Shown here one piece after another: positions 52,761-64,000 of a stretch of DNA of 64,000 nt (positions are counted from its first letter, which is position 1; every line of letters starts with the position of its first letter). This DNA is from Fimbriosthenelais zetlandica. Its lineage: Eukaryota. Both the position numbers and the translations under genes were made by a program. The DNA lies in assembly GCA_977030845.1 (NCBI GenBank), contig OZ365114.1, positions 20,894,001-20,958,000 on the forward strand, read 5' to 3'. The notes below the pieces were generated by a model. That model saw only the letters and a program-made list of their open reading frames with translations. It was not told the DNA's origin and did not search any database.

Positions 52761-53499
52761 TGACCCCAATTCAAGACAAGCCTCTTGTGGAGAGTTACTA
52801 CCAGTTTACATTATACCTTACCAGGCAAATTGAGAGTTTCATGTCTTGTCAGGTTTAATTGTCAGCTTCTTCTAATACCGTCTGATATCCTCTACGGCAA
52901 ACATGCCAACCCCTACAAGCCCCAGCCTCTGTGGGTATTCACACATGATCTTACAACTACTGACGCTACATTGGAAGTATTCATTCTCATGGTGGGGTCT
53001 ATCTTAGACTGAATCCCTGGGGTCCGGCCTTGTGTCTACATGGCCTACAGACGGCCAGCCACTGTGGCTATTCCAGAGTGTGTCCTTGTCGATATTCATA
53101 TGTTTGACCACGTAAGGGACCAGCAAGAGTGTTTAGGGAAGCAGTGTATGTAGAGAAGCCTATAAGGGGTGTCTCGTGAAAGCTGTTCCACTCGCCTCTA
53201 GTATTGACCAGAGTTCCTCAACTGTGGCCTCCGTAGGTGACAACGTGCCAGCGCAACAATGGCCTTAAGTTGAATACAAAAGGCAGCAAGGGCTATCGGA
53301 AACAGGCCCCCGCCTACTATAATGGAATTGGCTTTGATGCAGAGCTGAAGCCTCTGTTTGCCTCTGTGCCAAAAGAGGGGGAATGGAGCACTCCAAGCCT
53401 GCTTCAAAACCTATTACTGTGATAATTGTTGCTTATACTTCGTCTGATTGTTGGCTGAGCTGATCAATTCTGGATGCATTTCTTTTTCATGGCAATGCT

Positions 53500-53700
53500 C
53501 ACACAGATCTATGCTCTTTTGCTGTTGTTCATGTGACATAAATAACAGACATCCACTCTCCGGTTACAGCGCATTCATATGCTTTTATTATTGGGTGTCT
53601 TCATGGACCAGCATAGTGTACAGATCACCTGCCATTTGGTCGCCATACAGTATTTCTTATAATTATTACCAATATGCTTCACCAATTCATACTTTTAGAC
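53500..53700 (+). mobile_element. Possible LINE AP-endonuclease fragment
   Basis: SIVYRSP matches the YR(S/P)P motif. Confidence 0.35.
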
Positions 53701-55912
53701 AGTCCTCTTGTTGTTCTAGTTAGTTTGTATTACTCTTGACAAAACAGTGTTGTTCTAAAGGGAAAGGCCTATTGTTTTTGTGAATTCCTTTGTGTAACCA
53801 AAGAATATTAAAAAAGTTACACAAGGTCTTCTTTAGACAGAACCTCTCACCCGTTCTCTTCTTGGCCACTCCATTGAGCAAAAAGATTGACAAAAAGCTA
53901 AATGATACCGTTTTAGAATGTTTAGCCATCAATCATAACCTGAGAGATAGTCCAACATTGGACATTCATTGTATGTATTCTTATACTAATCGATCAATTT
54001 TGTCTGCTCAGTTTTGTTTCGATTAGATTGTAGAAACATATATATTTTCCCTTGAAGAACCTTTTGATTATATAATAGTCTGGATATTGAGTTATTGAAA
54101 TCTCGGTCAGCCCCGTGAAAGATAGCTGCCAGACAAATTCTGTTGTGCTACTTTTTCACAAAAGGGGGTTTTATAGATCAATAATAGTTATTATTTCCCT
54201 TAAAGGAAACATTTTTATAATACATACTGTGCTCATGCGTTGCCATATGTCATCAGTGGATATCATATCTCTCGCTCTTCATCATTAGTTGGTGTAAGCA
54301 AGGCTGACCTGGTGAAATCAGCCATCCTTACATAACAAGCCTTCCCACAAAGGTCAGTACAATACATCGGTCTGATACAATACACAGACTGCTTCTGAGT
54401 AGGTGGCTCCTGACTGATAGGCTGCAATCAACTCTGCTGGGCCTACTTGTCAGTCCCTCAAGTCTTTGATGATATTAGATTCTATATTGTCTGTTTGCTT
54501 CCCCGCGGTTTTCCTTCATATAGTCAGCCACTATTTCTGCCTCTATAGAATCCGCTAGTGGACACAGAAATCTGAGATATATACCATTACGATTTGTTTG
54601 TGTTTGGTATCCATTTTTTCAGTTACACAGATCTATGTGTTTCAGTTACACAGATGCCTCTCATGCCCTTGTTCAAAACATAACTGGCGTGCCTCCTTCT
54701 CTTGGAAATACAAGTCCTGCTGCTATTGATGGCACAGATTGTAGTTGTAGATTTGCTTCCTGGTACTTTCCTAATACCAGAAGTTGACCAGCTGCTGCTG
54801 GCCTCATTTAATAAATACATAATTATCTATTTTGACAAATTTAATAGCCATGGTCCCCTCAAGATGCTGCTGTGGACTGCTCGCAATCTCTGAGTAAACA
54901 CTGTTCATGACGATGCGAGCCAATAATAAATCGTGCAAACCATTGCCTTAAAACTTCCGCAATTAAAAGTTTAATTTCCATCATGACAAACCTGCCACCA
55001 GCATAACTGAAGAAAAGGCCTCAGGGGAGACCTTCGCCCCTGAAGCAACTGTCAAAATTCCCGCCCGGGAAGGCTTGGTCATGCATTAATGATTTCGCCA
55101 AAAGACCTCATCCATTTACTGCCGGCAAAGATGAATCACATTGAAATTACAGATTTGAGGATGTGGGTTCATATAATTGCTCACAAACGGTTGATTAAAA
55201 CGGTTTTCCTTCTGTGGCCCTGTAGGAAATTGAGTTAAATTGCCTTCCATCAGTGTCTTGGCTGCTTGGATGGAAATGATAAGCATGCATATGGTACCAT
55301 AAGACCCAATTCAATTTCTGGTATAATGAGGGATTCCCGTACTTTTATTATTGGCATGTTAAAGTGCATTTTAATCATAATTGCCTCGAATAAGGTAATA
55401 ATTATCAAGACTTCTGCCCATAGCTTTATAGATACACAATGGCATGTCTTATACTACCTCAACTCATTACTAAAGGTGGGTCATCAGGTGGATGGGTCAC
55501 AGATGCACCGTTGACGCCAGGCCCGTAGCCAGAGGGGGTGACGTAGGGTACGCGTCACCCCCCCAAATTTTCCTAAAAGAAAAAAGAAAAAAGGAAAAAA
55601 GAAAGAAATAGCACTTCTGACGGCTTCATCGTGTCCTTGTACAACGGAACACAACCTAATAGGGTTTATCCGTCTCGCCCCTCCCCTTTTTCATTTCCAT
55701 TATAATTATCCTCCCCCTTCCCATGGCTTTCACCCTACTGTCAATCCATTTGACTCCCTTGCCTCCTTCCTCACCTCTCTACCATCCGCGCTGAATCTCC
55801 TTCCCCATTTTTTATTTTTCTCCCCTGCTACACCACACCCAGCCCCCCACTTTCTACTTTTCCTCTTCCTTCTCGTCAGCTGTCCCATACTAGGGGCCAT
55901 GCTACCGATTCT

Positions 55913-55941
55913 GTGTGGGTGTGTGTGGGTGTGTGTGGGAG
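55913..55941. repeat. (GTGTGTGG)n microsatellite inside the transposon
   Basis: Seen directly in the sequence. Confidence 0.85.
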
Positions 55942-56252
55942 GGGGCGGGAGGGCGGGCGATGGGGGGCAAGGGTATATGTTAGAGTAAAGGGACAGTGCC
56001 TGGGTGTGGATAAAAAAGGACAAAGGGTACAAAAGAATGACACTTTGGTGGGTGCATGGACCACAAATGTAGGCCTTCACCCCATTAAATGACGAAACAG
56101 ATATATTTATTAGGTCTAATATATTAAGCACGTTACTCACTTTCGGGAGCAGTCTCGGGTATGTGTTTTGTTCTTTCGGGATGGTGGGTTGGGGGGGATG
56201 GTGGGGGCAGGTACAACCATGGTGGGAGCTCTTGATATGTGCAGCTTGGTGG

Positions 56253-56610
56253 GTGGGAAGGAGCTTGCCCAGTGGGAGGGAGCTTCGACTGTGGGAGGGA
56301 GCTTGGACCATGGGAGGGAGCTTGCCCAGTGGGAGGGAGTTTGGTCGGCGGGATGCAGATTGTACCGTGGGACTGAACTTGAAGCGTGGGAGTGAACTTG
56401 GTCGGTGGGAGGGAGCTTGGAGTGTGGGAGGGAGCTTGGGCCATGGAAGAGAACATCTGATAATCATTCAGCTGTAGAGGAATATTGGTCGGTGGGAGGG
56501 AGTTTGGTCAGTGGGAGGGAGCTTGGACCATGTACGGAGCTGGGTCAGTAGGCGAGAGCTTGGGCCATGGGAAAGAGCTTGGGTTGTGGGAGGGTGTTTG
56601 ATGGGGGAGT
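56253..56610. repeat. 19-bp G-rich minisatellite (consensus GTGGGAGGGAGCTTGGNCC), about 17-18 degenerate units, inside the transposon
   Basis: Units read directly from the sequence; it explains the overlapping low-complexity ORFs at 55730-56477. Confidence 0.9.
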
Positions 56611-57799
56611 GTTCAGTGTCCTTGGGGTATATGGACCACTAAGGTCCACATTTTCCAAATGGTCACCCCCCAAAAAATATTCCTGGATACGGGCCTGGAC
56701 GCTGATGACCCATTACATTGGTAATAGACTTCCATTTGAAGCCAGGTGAAATAATTTTAAATTCCCACAACTTCACAGAGCAAATGGAGTTTCTAATTCG
56801 GAGAATGAATTATTCAGCTGCAAGGCATGTCGTCCTAGAAACTGTCAGCTTCTTCTTTGAATAGTTTGACAACTGGGCTTTGCCCCTCTCACGTTTGTGT
56901 TAATATGAAATGAGGGACGCATAAAAGACACTGGTCTGACAGAACTCAAAACCTTCATTATAACTAGTGAAAACACATGAATAATGCTCATACATTTTTG
57001 TCTTGTTTCTACTGAAGATTCCAAAGTCTTAGTCTATTTTAATCCCATTAGAATTTATACAACTCAAGATGTCTAAAGGAATTTCCTGGTTCATGCTTTA
57101 TGATTCCACTAAGATCAAAATGAAAAAATATTCCTTTCCTTCAATCAGTAAAGGGGAGAGATTCTGTGTACGATCCTACAGTGGATTGAGGGCCTGGGTC
57201 GCTGGATATTAGGCTCAACTCCCGCACTCCCTAAAGGATTTCCACTTGTTCAGTTAAAACAAGACGCTTCCCTCTGTAGCATACACCTCTCATTCTCATT
57301 ACTGGATGTTTTGCATTCCGATGCTTTCAAGTTTTATTCTGGAAGAGCCAGCTGCAAGCCTAGCTTTCCACGCATGTATTACTGAAAGCAAATCATAACA
57401 TAGATCTCAGAAACAAGTCAATCTATTTGATCAAAGCGATGGCGCTTTATTACCGTCGGTCTTAGCCCCTGTCACTGAACATCAGAGGCGATAATCATGA
57501 GGGTCTATACTGGAAATCTCCACCTTGGGTGCCATGATTCAGATCTATAAGCTGACCCGCACCGCCAGAGGAGCAAAGGCAGGTTGGCGGGCACGCTGTA
57601 TGGTTAAGACCGATCTCTGGTGTCATCCCACTGCCTGGTCTCAAAGCCTGATCAAATATTGTCCTTCTCCGCCATCTCATGGCTGCAACGCCGACTTTAT
57701 GGATAACCGGCACACTTGGGGATCAACCAATAAAGTAAAGCTCTAGCTTTCTATTTTGCTGCCAGACTGTGGCTTTCTTTGAGTAATATAGACAGAATA

Positions 57800-57997
57800 T
57801 TAGAAGTGAGACCATTTTCTCCACTTTCTATTTCAGTAAGATCGTTTGAGGCTCAATATTTGATATCGTTCTTATACCGTCACAAAACTGCTCGAACATA
57901 CTGCATGCTACCCAATAAGCTTCAGAAATGTTCCCAAGACTATCACATAGTACACTTCCTGTCTTGTAGAAAACGGCATTTGTTCAACTTTGTATGA
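57800..57997 (+). mobile_element. LINE ORF2 3'-terminal fragment
   Basis: MLPNKLQ...F...KRHLF resembles WN.LP..+...FK..LK.HLF. Confidence 0.5.
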
Positions 57998-60900
57998 ATC
58001 TATTTCCACCTCAACTATAGCTGTCTTCTCTTGAAAAGCGTACTCCCATAGAATCAAGTCATGAAAGCATTGCATCCTTTAATGTATCCTCTCATGACGA
58101 GACTTATTCGTTCAGTAAAAGCTTTGCTCTAACAGCTTCATCTGCATTTTCACGTTTCTACTAAAACAAATCTTTTTTCATCAGAGAACAAAGCAGTAAG
58201 TAGAAAGCATTCAATACAATATAGGTCCTATGGACATAAACGCAATATCTGGAATGAAGTGTTGTATTTAGTAAATCACTCAATATCCTCTTTTCAGTTG
58301 TAAGAACTAACTTCGAGGTATATCATATACAAAGATGTAACACAATGCTGTAGGAAGCACCCTTGATATTAATGCATTCAGGGAGTGACTAAGGATTCAA
58401 ATTTGCTACAGATAATGAGAGGGAGACAGTACCTCACGTCTGAAGAGGAAAATCCTGTCATAAATGACATTCCTCTGGAGTATTTCCTTGACTTGAGTAT
58501 TTCAGACTGTAAAATACTTTTTGCAGGTAGTTCTAAAACGAACGCATGAATAAAAGAACATTATGAAGTTCTCTTTATTTCAAATGTCTTGAAACATTTT
58601 ACACATTTTGTTAAGTTTTGAAGAAAATGTTTCTCACAGACCTAGTCTTCCTGGCAGAGTTAGATGAAGGCGGGTACTGGGTAGGCTAGCTTACAGAGAT
58701 TAATTGAATGATTGAGATGCGTATCAGGCGGGAATGAAGTGTGACAAGCCAGTGAGCTATGTATTAATGGCATAGGGATCTGATAACAACAATGGAAGAG
58801 GCAGTTGCTTCCTGCAAGAGACAAAAATGTGACTTCAGCTGATTTCAGGGTGGTCCATTTGGTGACTGCACTCCTCTTAACTCTTAATAAACTATAATCT
58901 GTAGAGTGGACGGCTTTGGACAGTGATAGCCTTGACGCACTGGCCTACTAGCCTACTTGATGCATTGTTTGATGCATTCAAGACCTTGTTGTCATTCTGT
59001 ATACTAACACAATTCCTTAGGCATAACAAAATACTAATGGGTCTTAGATACATTGTGCCATTAATGAGTATTTTAATGAGGTTTTTAAGGTGATGAAATT
59101 CAGGCTAGAATCCCTGAAGCAAGATTATCTCAAGCCACTATCATCAGAACCATCAGATATAAAGTCTCTGTCATAGTGAAAGAAATGCCTGTGGTGATAT
59201 ACAAAAAGACATGGCTACACAAAGTCATCGCTTACACTTAAGCACCAGGTCCTTCCTGCATGACCCTCTCAGGATGAGATATCTTTCATACTGAACATCA
59301 TGAGACCCAAACCCCAAGGACAATTTACATTAATTCAATGTGCATTAAGTGTTCACCATTAGACTATGGCAGAAAACACTATCACCGAGTCTGGGCATGC
59401 ACAGACTGTCTGTAAGGCCAGCTCTCATGGACAGGCACGTTTGCCTAAAGCACTGAGACAAGCATCCGGAACTACCAAGTGTTTCACCAGGCTTGCCCCG
59501 TAGGGCTCCTCAGTAATTTGTCAAGGACTGGTCTTACTCTTCTCAGAGGAGTAATTTACACTGATATTATCAAAGCACTGTTAATCTCTACCTTGGTTTG
59601 CTCTACTCTCCGATGAATTTGCTCGTCAGCTGTCGAATAAGATTTCTTTGTGAGATGTACAATCCTTCTCATCTGTGGTAAGTCTGCAAGTGCATGACCC
59701 CAGAATCTTCATATTCACAAGTTGTCCAAATACTTCCACAGAGCCTGTTAAAGTGTTTTATAAGTGAACTGAGGAAGAGTTAGCTGAGTCTGTTAAGAAC
59801 TTTTACCAATCTGGAGGAACCTGACTGACATGAGCAAGATTGGTGGTTCATTGCCCAGCCGTTTTGCTTAATCCTATGATGTATAAATTAATTACATGTA
59901 TAGGATAAACCATGATAAGAATCATACTCCTACAGGACTCAACATGCCCATTGTGATTTCCACTGTGCTATGAAATGAGAACAACTGAATCAAAAGCTCC
60001 CCAGAGAAGCTTTTTATCCATCATCAACCCTTTAGGCTCCCATGCCATTTCAGGTTGCAGGGTTTGCAAGGCAGCTTCAAAGGACTGATGTTCTGCCTAT
60101 ATCTACAGTTACTTTTCATGGATCAGGAGTGGGAGGCCTCCAGGTTCAAGTTGATGGCTGTTCACTACAAAGCTTCTTCAGCTCAGTTGGTCACAGTCTC
60201 CAGTGATGCAGACCCTGAGGGAGGCGTATACTACCCTGAAACAAGCCAATTTCAGCCGGGATCTTGATAAAACACTAGAACTAAAGCTTTCTGAGCGACA
60301 CCGTACACTAAGCCCTGTACTGTGGCCCCTTGTTTTACTTTATAATCCATTTCATTGGCTACGTACATATTTGCTGATGCAATTGTTGCTTTTGCTTTTG
60401 CCTTGACGACCCTGTGGCTTTGTGGAAGTTGGTAACATCATTATCTTATCCTGGCAATGGAAGTAAAGATCATATTAGTTTCCGTTCCATTCCATTTCCA
60501 ATTCTGTAGAGGTCCTGGAGTGTTTCATTCAATGTCATATGTGTTTGGTGGCAGCCAGATCCATATTGAATAAATTCATCCAGGAGGCACATTGCAGGAA
60601 CATTCACTGCTTTTAGGGTCAGGGTTCAGCCTCCCCTAGGGGGGATACTGCCCCACTCTGCACCATCGGGAGTGAACTGGAGCTAAATGAAAGACTGCTT
60701 TGCCTTCTATTGCCACTGGCAGTCTCGGCAGACTGCCAAACTGACGTAAGGAGAGGGGGATCCCCATATTTTGGCCATCTGTTGGCATTAAATTTAAGGG
60801 CCCAGAGAGAAGGAAGCACAAATCTGCCAAGGCAGGTCAGGTTAGTGCCCATGAAAATAATCTCTGCAAGAACGAAACAATACTGATCTGTCATTCACTT

Positions 60901-60999
60901 GGGAGAGTACATTCAGTCCTGACCATTTGGTTAGATCATTACATAACGAATTTAATCCACTGGGCATTATGTCTTGCAGGACCATTTGTTATTCAATTT

Positions 61000-61520
61000 T
61001 AGATCACCAAACCACACAAGGGATTCTTTGGTGCCTCCACTGTTAGTAGTTAAAAATGAAAAGTCAAATTGCAATTTCCTGGGATCTTGGATAATGTCCT
61101 ACTCGAGTGAATTTTACTTGAACAGAAGAGATCTTGTTCAAATCTCTCTAATCGCAATTCCCTGGGCTAGCAGTTCTACAAACAAATTTGGAGCTTAAAA
61201 TGACCAGTGTCCACATAAGGAAGCTTGGTTTTGACACTTAAACACCCACGGGCCGAGTAACTGATGGGAATGGACATGCCCCCCAGGCTCTCTACTATGG
61301 ACCTCAGGTGGTACACTCTGGACCCTGGTGCCACAAGGTGATGGCATTTGGACGTAGCAGGTTGAATTCCTCCCCTCTACTGGAGCGTCAATTTTTGGAA
61401 TCGATGGGATGGTGAAGACCTCATCTTGGTATCCTAGGAGGTGGTTAGGAAGACTGTAATCCGAACAGTTAATCTTACAGTTCTGCCGTACTAGCTTAGA
61501 AAAAGCCTCGAAAAAGCACA
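61000..61520 (-). mobile_element. Ty3/Gypsy RT fragment
   Basis: FSKL, YVQMP..G..SVPPEV and LNK...VGH motifs in order. Confidence 0.5.
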
Positions 61521-62899
61521 CTGTATATAGCTGGGGCGCAGTGTATGAATGAAACGAGACATAAGACCTCGATGGGAATGTATACCGAGGTAAAATTTAC
61601 TTTAATAATGTCATTTTAATCAAATATAATGCAAGATATAAAGTCTCAAGATAACTGGGATCAGTGTCTATTCAGACGCGTTGAACTGTTTTACACGTGA
61701 ATCTATAATTGAAATGGCAAACTAGTGATATGGCAGAGCTGAGTAATTTAACTGACGTTCAACCTTTCGGGGATTCTCTTTTTGGCTATCTTCACAAGAA
61801 CAACAAACCTACATGTCAGTGCCTTGTGCTAACTGAACTTTATTAGATTAGGTTATTACCCAGAATGTAGGTGGAAAAATAGTCTTAGTGCAAATATGGG
61901 GAAGGCTTTGCAAAATATGAAGGGATCCTTTGTATTAGGTTGAATTGTATATTTCTTACGTTTTATCGAGCATTTAGCTACTTCCCACTTCGTGCCATTA
62001 TAATAGAATTTTGAAAGGGGTTATCATTAGACTTCATTATGGTCTATGTTGACACGATGTTAATTTTGATAATCAGGAATGAATTCTCTTGAGGGGCTTC
62101 TCAACAGATGAAGCGTTATTCACTGGCGGTAGTTTAGTGGACAAAAATTTCATTAAATTTCATCTGTTTCACAGATATCAGTAATGAACCACTCCCCTCG
62201 CTGAAAGTGTATTGTTTCATGCATAAAAAACTATGCTAATAAAGTCTCTTGGTGGTGCGTTTCCTTCAGGAAGAAACTTTCATCAGAGCAGAAATAATCG
62301 CTGTTGGTCCCATGCCAGAATCTCGCCATCGATTCTGGGAGGGTGAGAATCCACGAGATTTCATCACTCTCATCAGGCGTTGCTAAAGTATTTAAAGTTC
62401 AATCTTGCAATGTCTCGATCGATCACGCTTTGTCGTCACTTGGGGCTCATGGCTTAAGCTGGTTGGGGAGAAAAACTTGTCTTTGGCACAACCAAGTATG
62501 GACTCTAGCCAGTTCAGCGGGGACTAAGGAGTAGAGGAGTCAGGAAAGTATCCTAGAGGAATAAAGCAAGTAACATCAACTTGATCTGAATTGATATTTT
62601 CATCTCCAGGGACTAGGGTCAGGGTGAACAGTGCGGGGTAAGAGATGAATGTTCTGATTTATTCATCGGGGAGAACACACTGCAGCATTGATTTGTAAAT
62701 GCCATAATCTCTGATTTATATCCTCCCAGGATTCCCCATGGGTTACATCAATATGATTTGATCAAAGTGAATTTTTTTTTTATTGAAGACACAAGATAAA
62801 ACCTATGGTCAAAGCACTTTTTGATGCCTTTTTACGATATTGTGTGTTCGTGTTTGAGGGTAATATCATCACAACGTAATCTCAGACGTCTGCTATCTT

Positions 62900-63310
62900 A
62901 CCAAAGACATCGTCTGCAGAAGTTCACACATAAAACAGCATTCACGAAGAACCAAAAACTGGACATAACTCAGTGGTTTGGGCTTCTCTGCTTCTTTACA
63001 TTGCTCCATTCATCCTTGTCATTACACTTTTCAAGTGTGTATTCAGCCTCTTGCTGTTCTTCCTCTCCTCGTGAATCTTCTTCATTTTTTTCTTCCTGCT
63101 GACCATGCCACCATTCTTATTCATCCTCTGAGAGAGAAAGCCAAGACCCTGGATCAGCTCCCATAAAGACCGACCAGGTGGTGCTTGCGGCAGGCCCTCC
63201 CTGTATCAACCAGCCGCTGTCCCAGCACATCCCTTCTAATCTCCCCGCAACAACAATGCAATCAATCAATGTGCTCCAAACCCAAACCTTTGATTTATGA
63301 AGTGATTGCA
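62900..63310 (-). mobile_element. DIRS1-like gag/RT junction remnant
   Basis: VVAGRLEG...W..GW (cf. PVGGRL...W) followed by Y.QFLV. Confidence 0.4.
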
Positions 63311-64000
63311 ACAGCTTAGGATAGAAAAATCATCAAGCCAATTCCCTAAAAGTGGCCAAGAGGGAGGAGCAGGAGAGGGCCGGGGAAAAATGACGGGGAA
63401 CATTTTCTTCCTATGAGGTCGTTCCGGGAGGTGTTGGCTGTAGCGATGTGGGTGGGAGGAAGTTTGGAAACCGGCATCTCTTGTGATCAGTTTGATCACG
63501 TCAAACATCCATTTAGAGCTGATGAGTTTGGCATGTTTCACACAGGAGTAAATCAGACCTGCTCATAGACAGACAGCCCTTTTACACGCCGTCATCAGTT
63601 GCTGGCTGCGCCACTGATGGCAACTGACATTGGAGATCATATCTCGGTCTGGAGGCCTGTCACCTCATGTTAACTCTCCAATGAAGGCTGTGTTCCCACT
63701 CTCTAAATGGTCAACGAAGGACTTTAATTTATAAGCAAGGCCGGATGATACTCATTTTACTGACCATATAATTGACAAGTTTCCTAAAACGGTCTGGAGC
63801 TTGAAAATATCATAGGCCTATTATATATAGGGGTATACTCCTTCTAGTGAAAGTCAAACTGCACGTTTATCTTGGCTTACCATTTCCTTAATGAGTACTC
63901 CTAGATCCTTTATTTATAAGTGATCCGCCCACTCTCGCTGTTAAAGTCGCCTGTCTTGCTCTGAACAAGAGGGAGTATTTCTTGGCTCATGAGAATCATT

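Larger units (their letters stand above)
55518..56697. mobile_element. Non-autonomous TIR DNA transposon (hAT-like ends), 1,180 bp, 5-bp TSD GACGC
   Basis: TIRs CAGGCCCGTAGCCAG / CTGGATACGGGCCTG (1 mismatch); subterminal GGGGGTGAC at both ends; GACGC at 55513-55517 and 56698-56702. Confidence 0.85.

Noticed and set aside
55730-56467. 245-aa minus-strand ORF and overlapping ORFs
   Set aside because: These are by-products of the 19-bp minisatellite and microsatellite inside a non-autonomous transposon; low complexity with no domain.

Overview
Eukaryotic (invertebrate-like) genomic DNA, not prokaryotic. TAGGCCTA-rich flanks and the DIRS/Gypsy/LINE mix suggest an echinoderm-like deuterostome, but that is inference. 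Two spliced genes can be rebuilt by hand from splice sites and phase consistency. (1) A 3-exon plus-strand gene (982-2665) encodes a 92-aa single-pass membrane microprotein that the ORF track misses entirely. (2) A minus-strand gene with 7 recognisable coding exons (25064 down to 8485) encodes three tandem CUB domains and a GPI-signal-like hydrophobic tail; its start/signal-peptide exon is not cleanly identifiable, and it has a 13.1-kb TE-filled intron. The rest (about 12-24 kb and 25.5-64 kb) is a dense mosaic of short, heavily decayed retroelement fragments (LINE, Ty3/Gypsy, DIRS1-like) in both orientations. It also holds one well-bounded 1,180-bp non-autonomous DNA transposon (55518-56697) with a 5-bp TSD and an internal 19-bp G-rich minisatellite. 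No rRNA, intact tRNA or CRISPR array was seen. TE family calls rest on short remembered motifs and need HMM/RepeatMasker confirmation; their boundaries are approximate.
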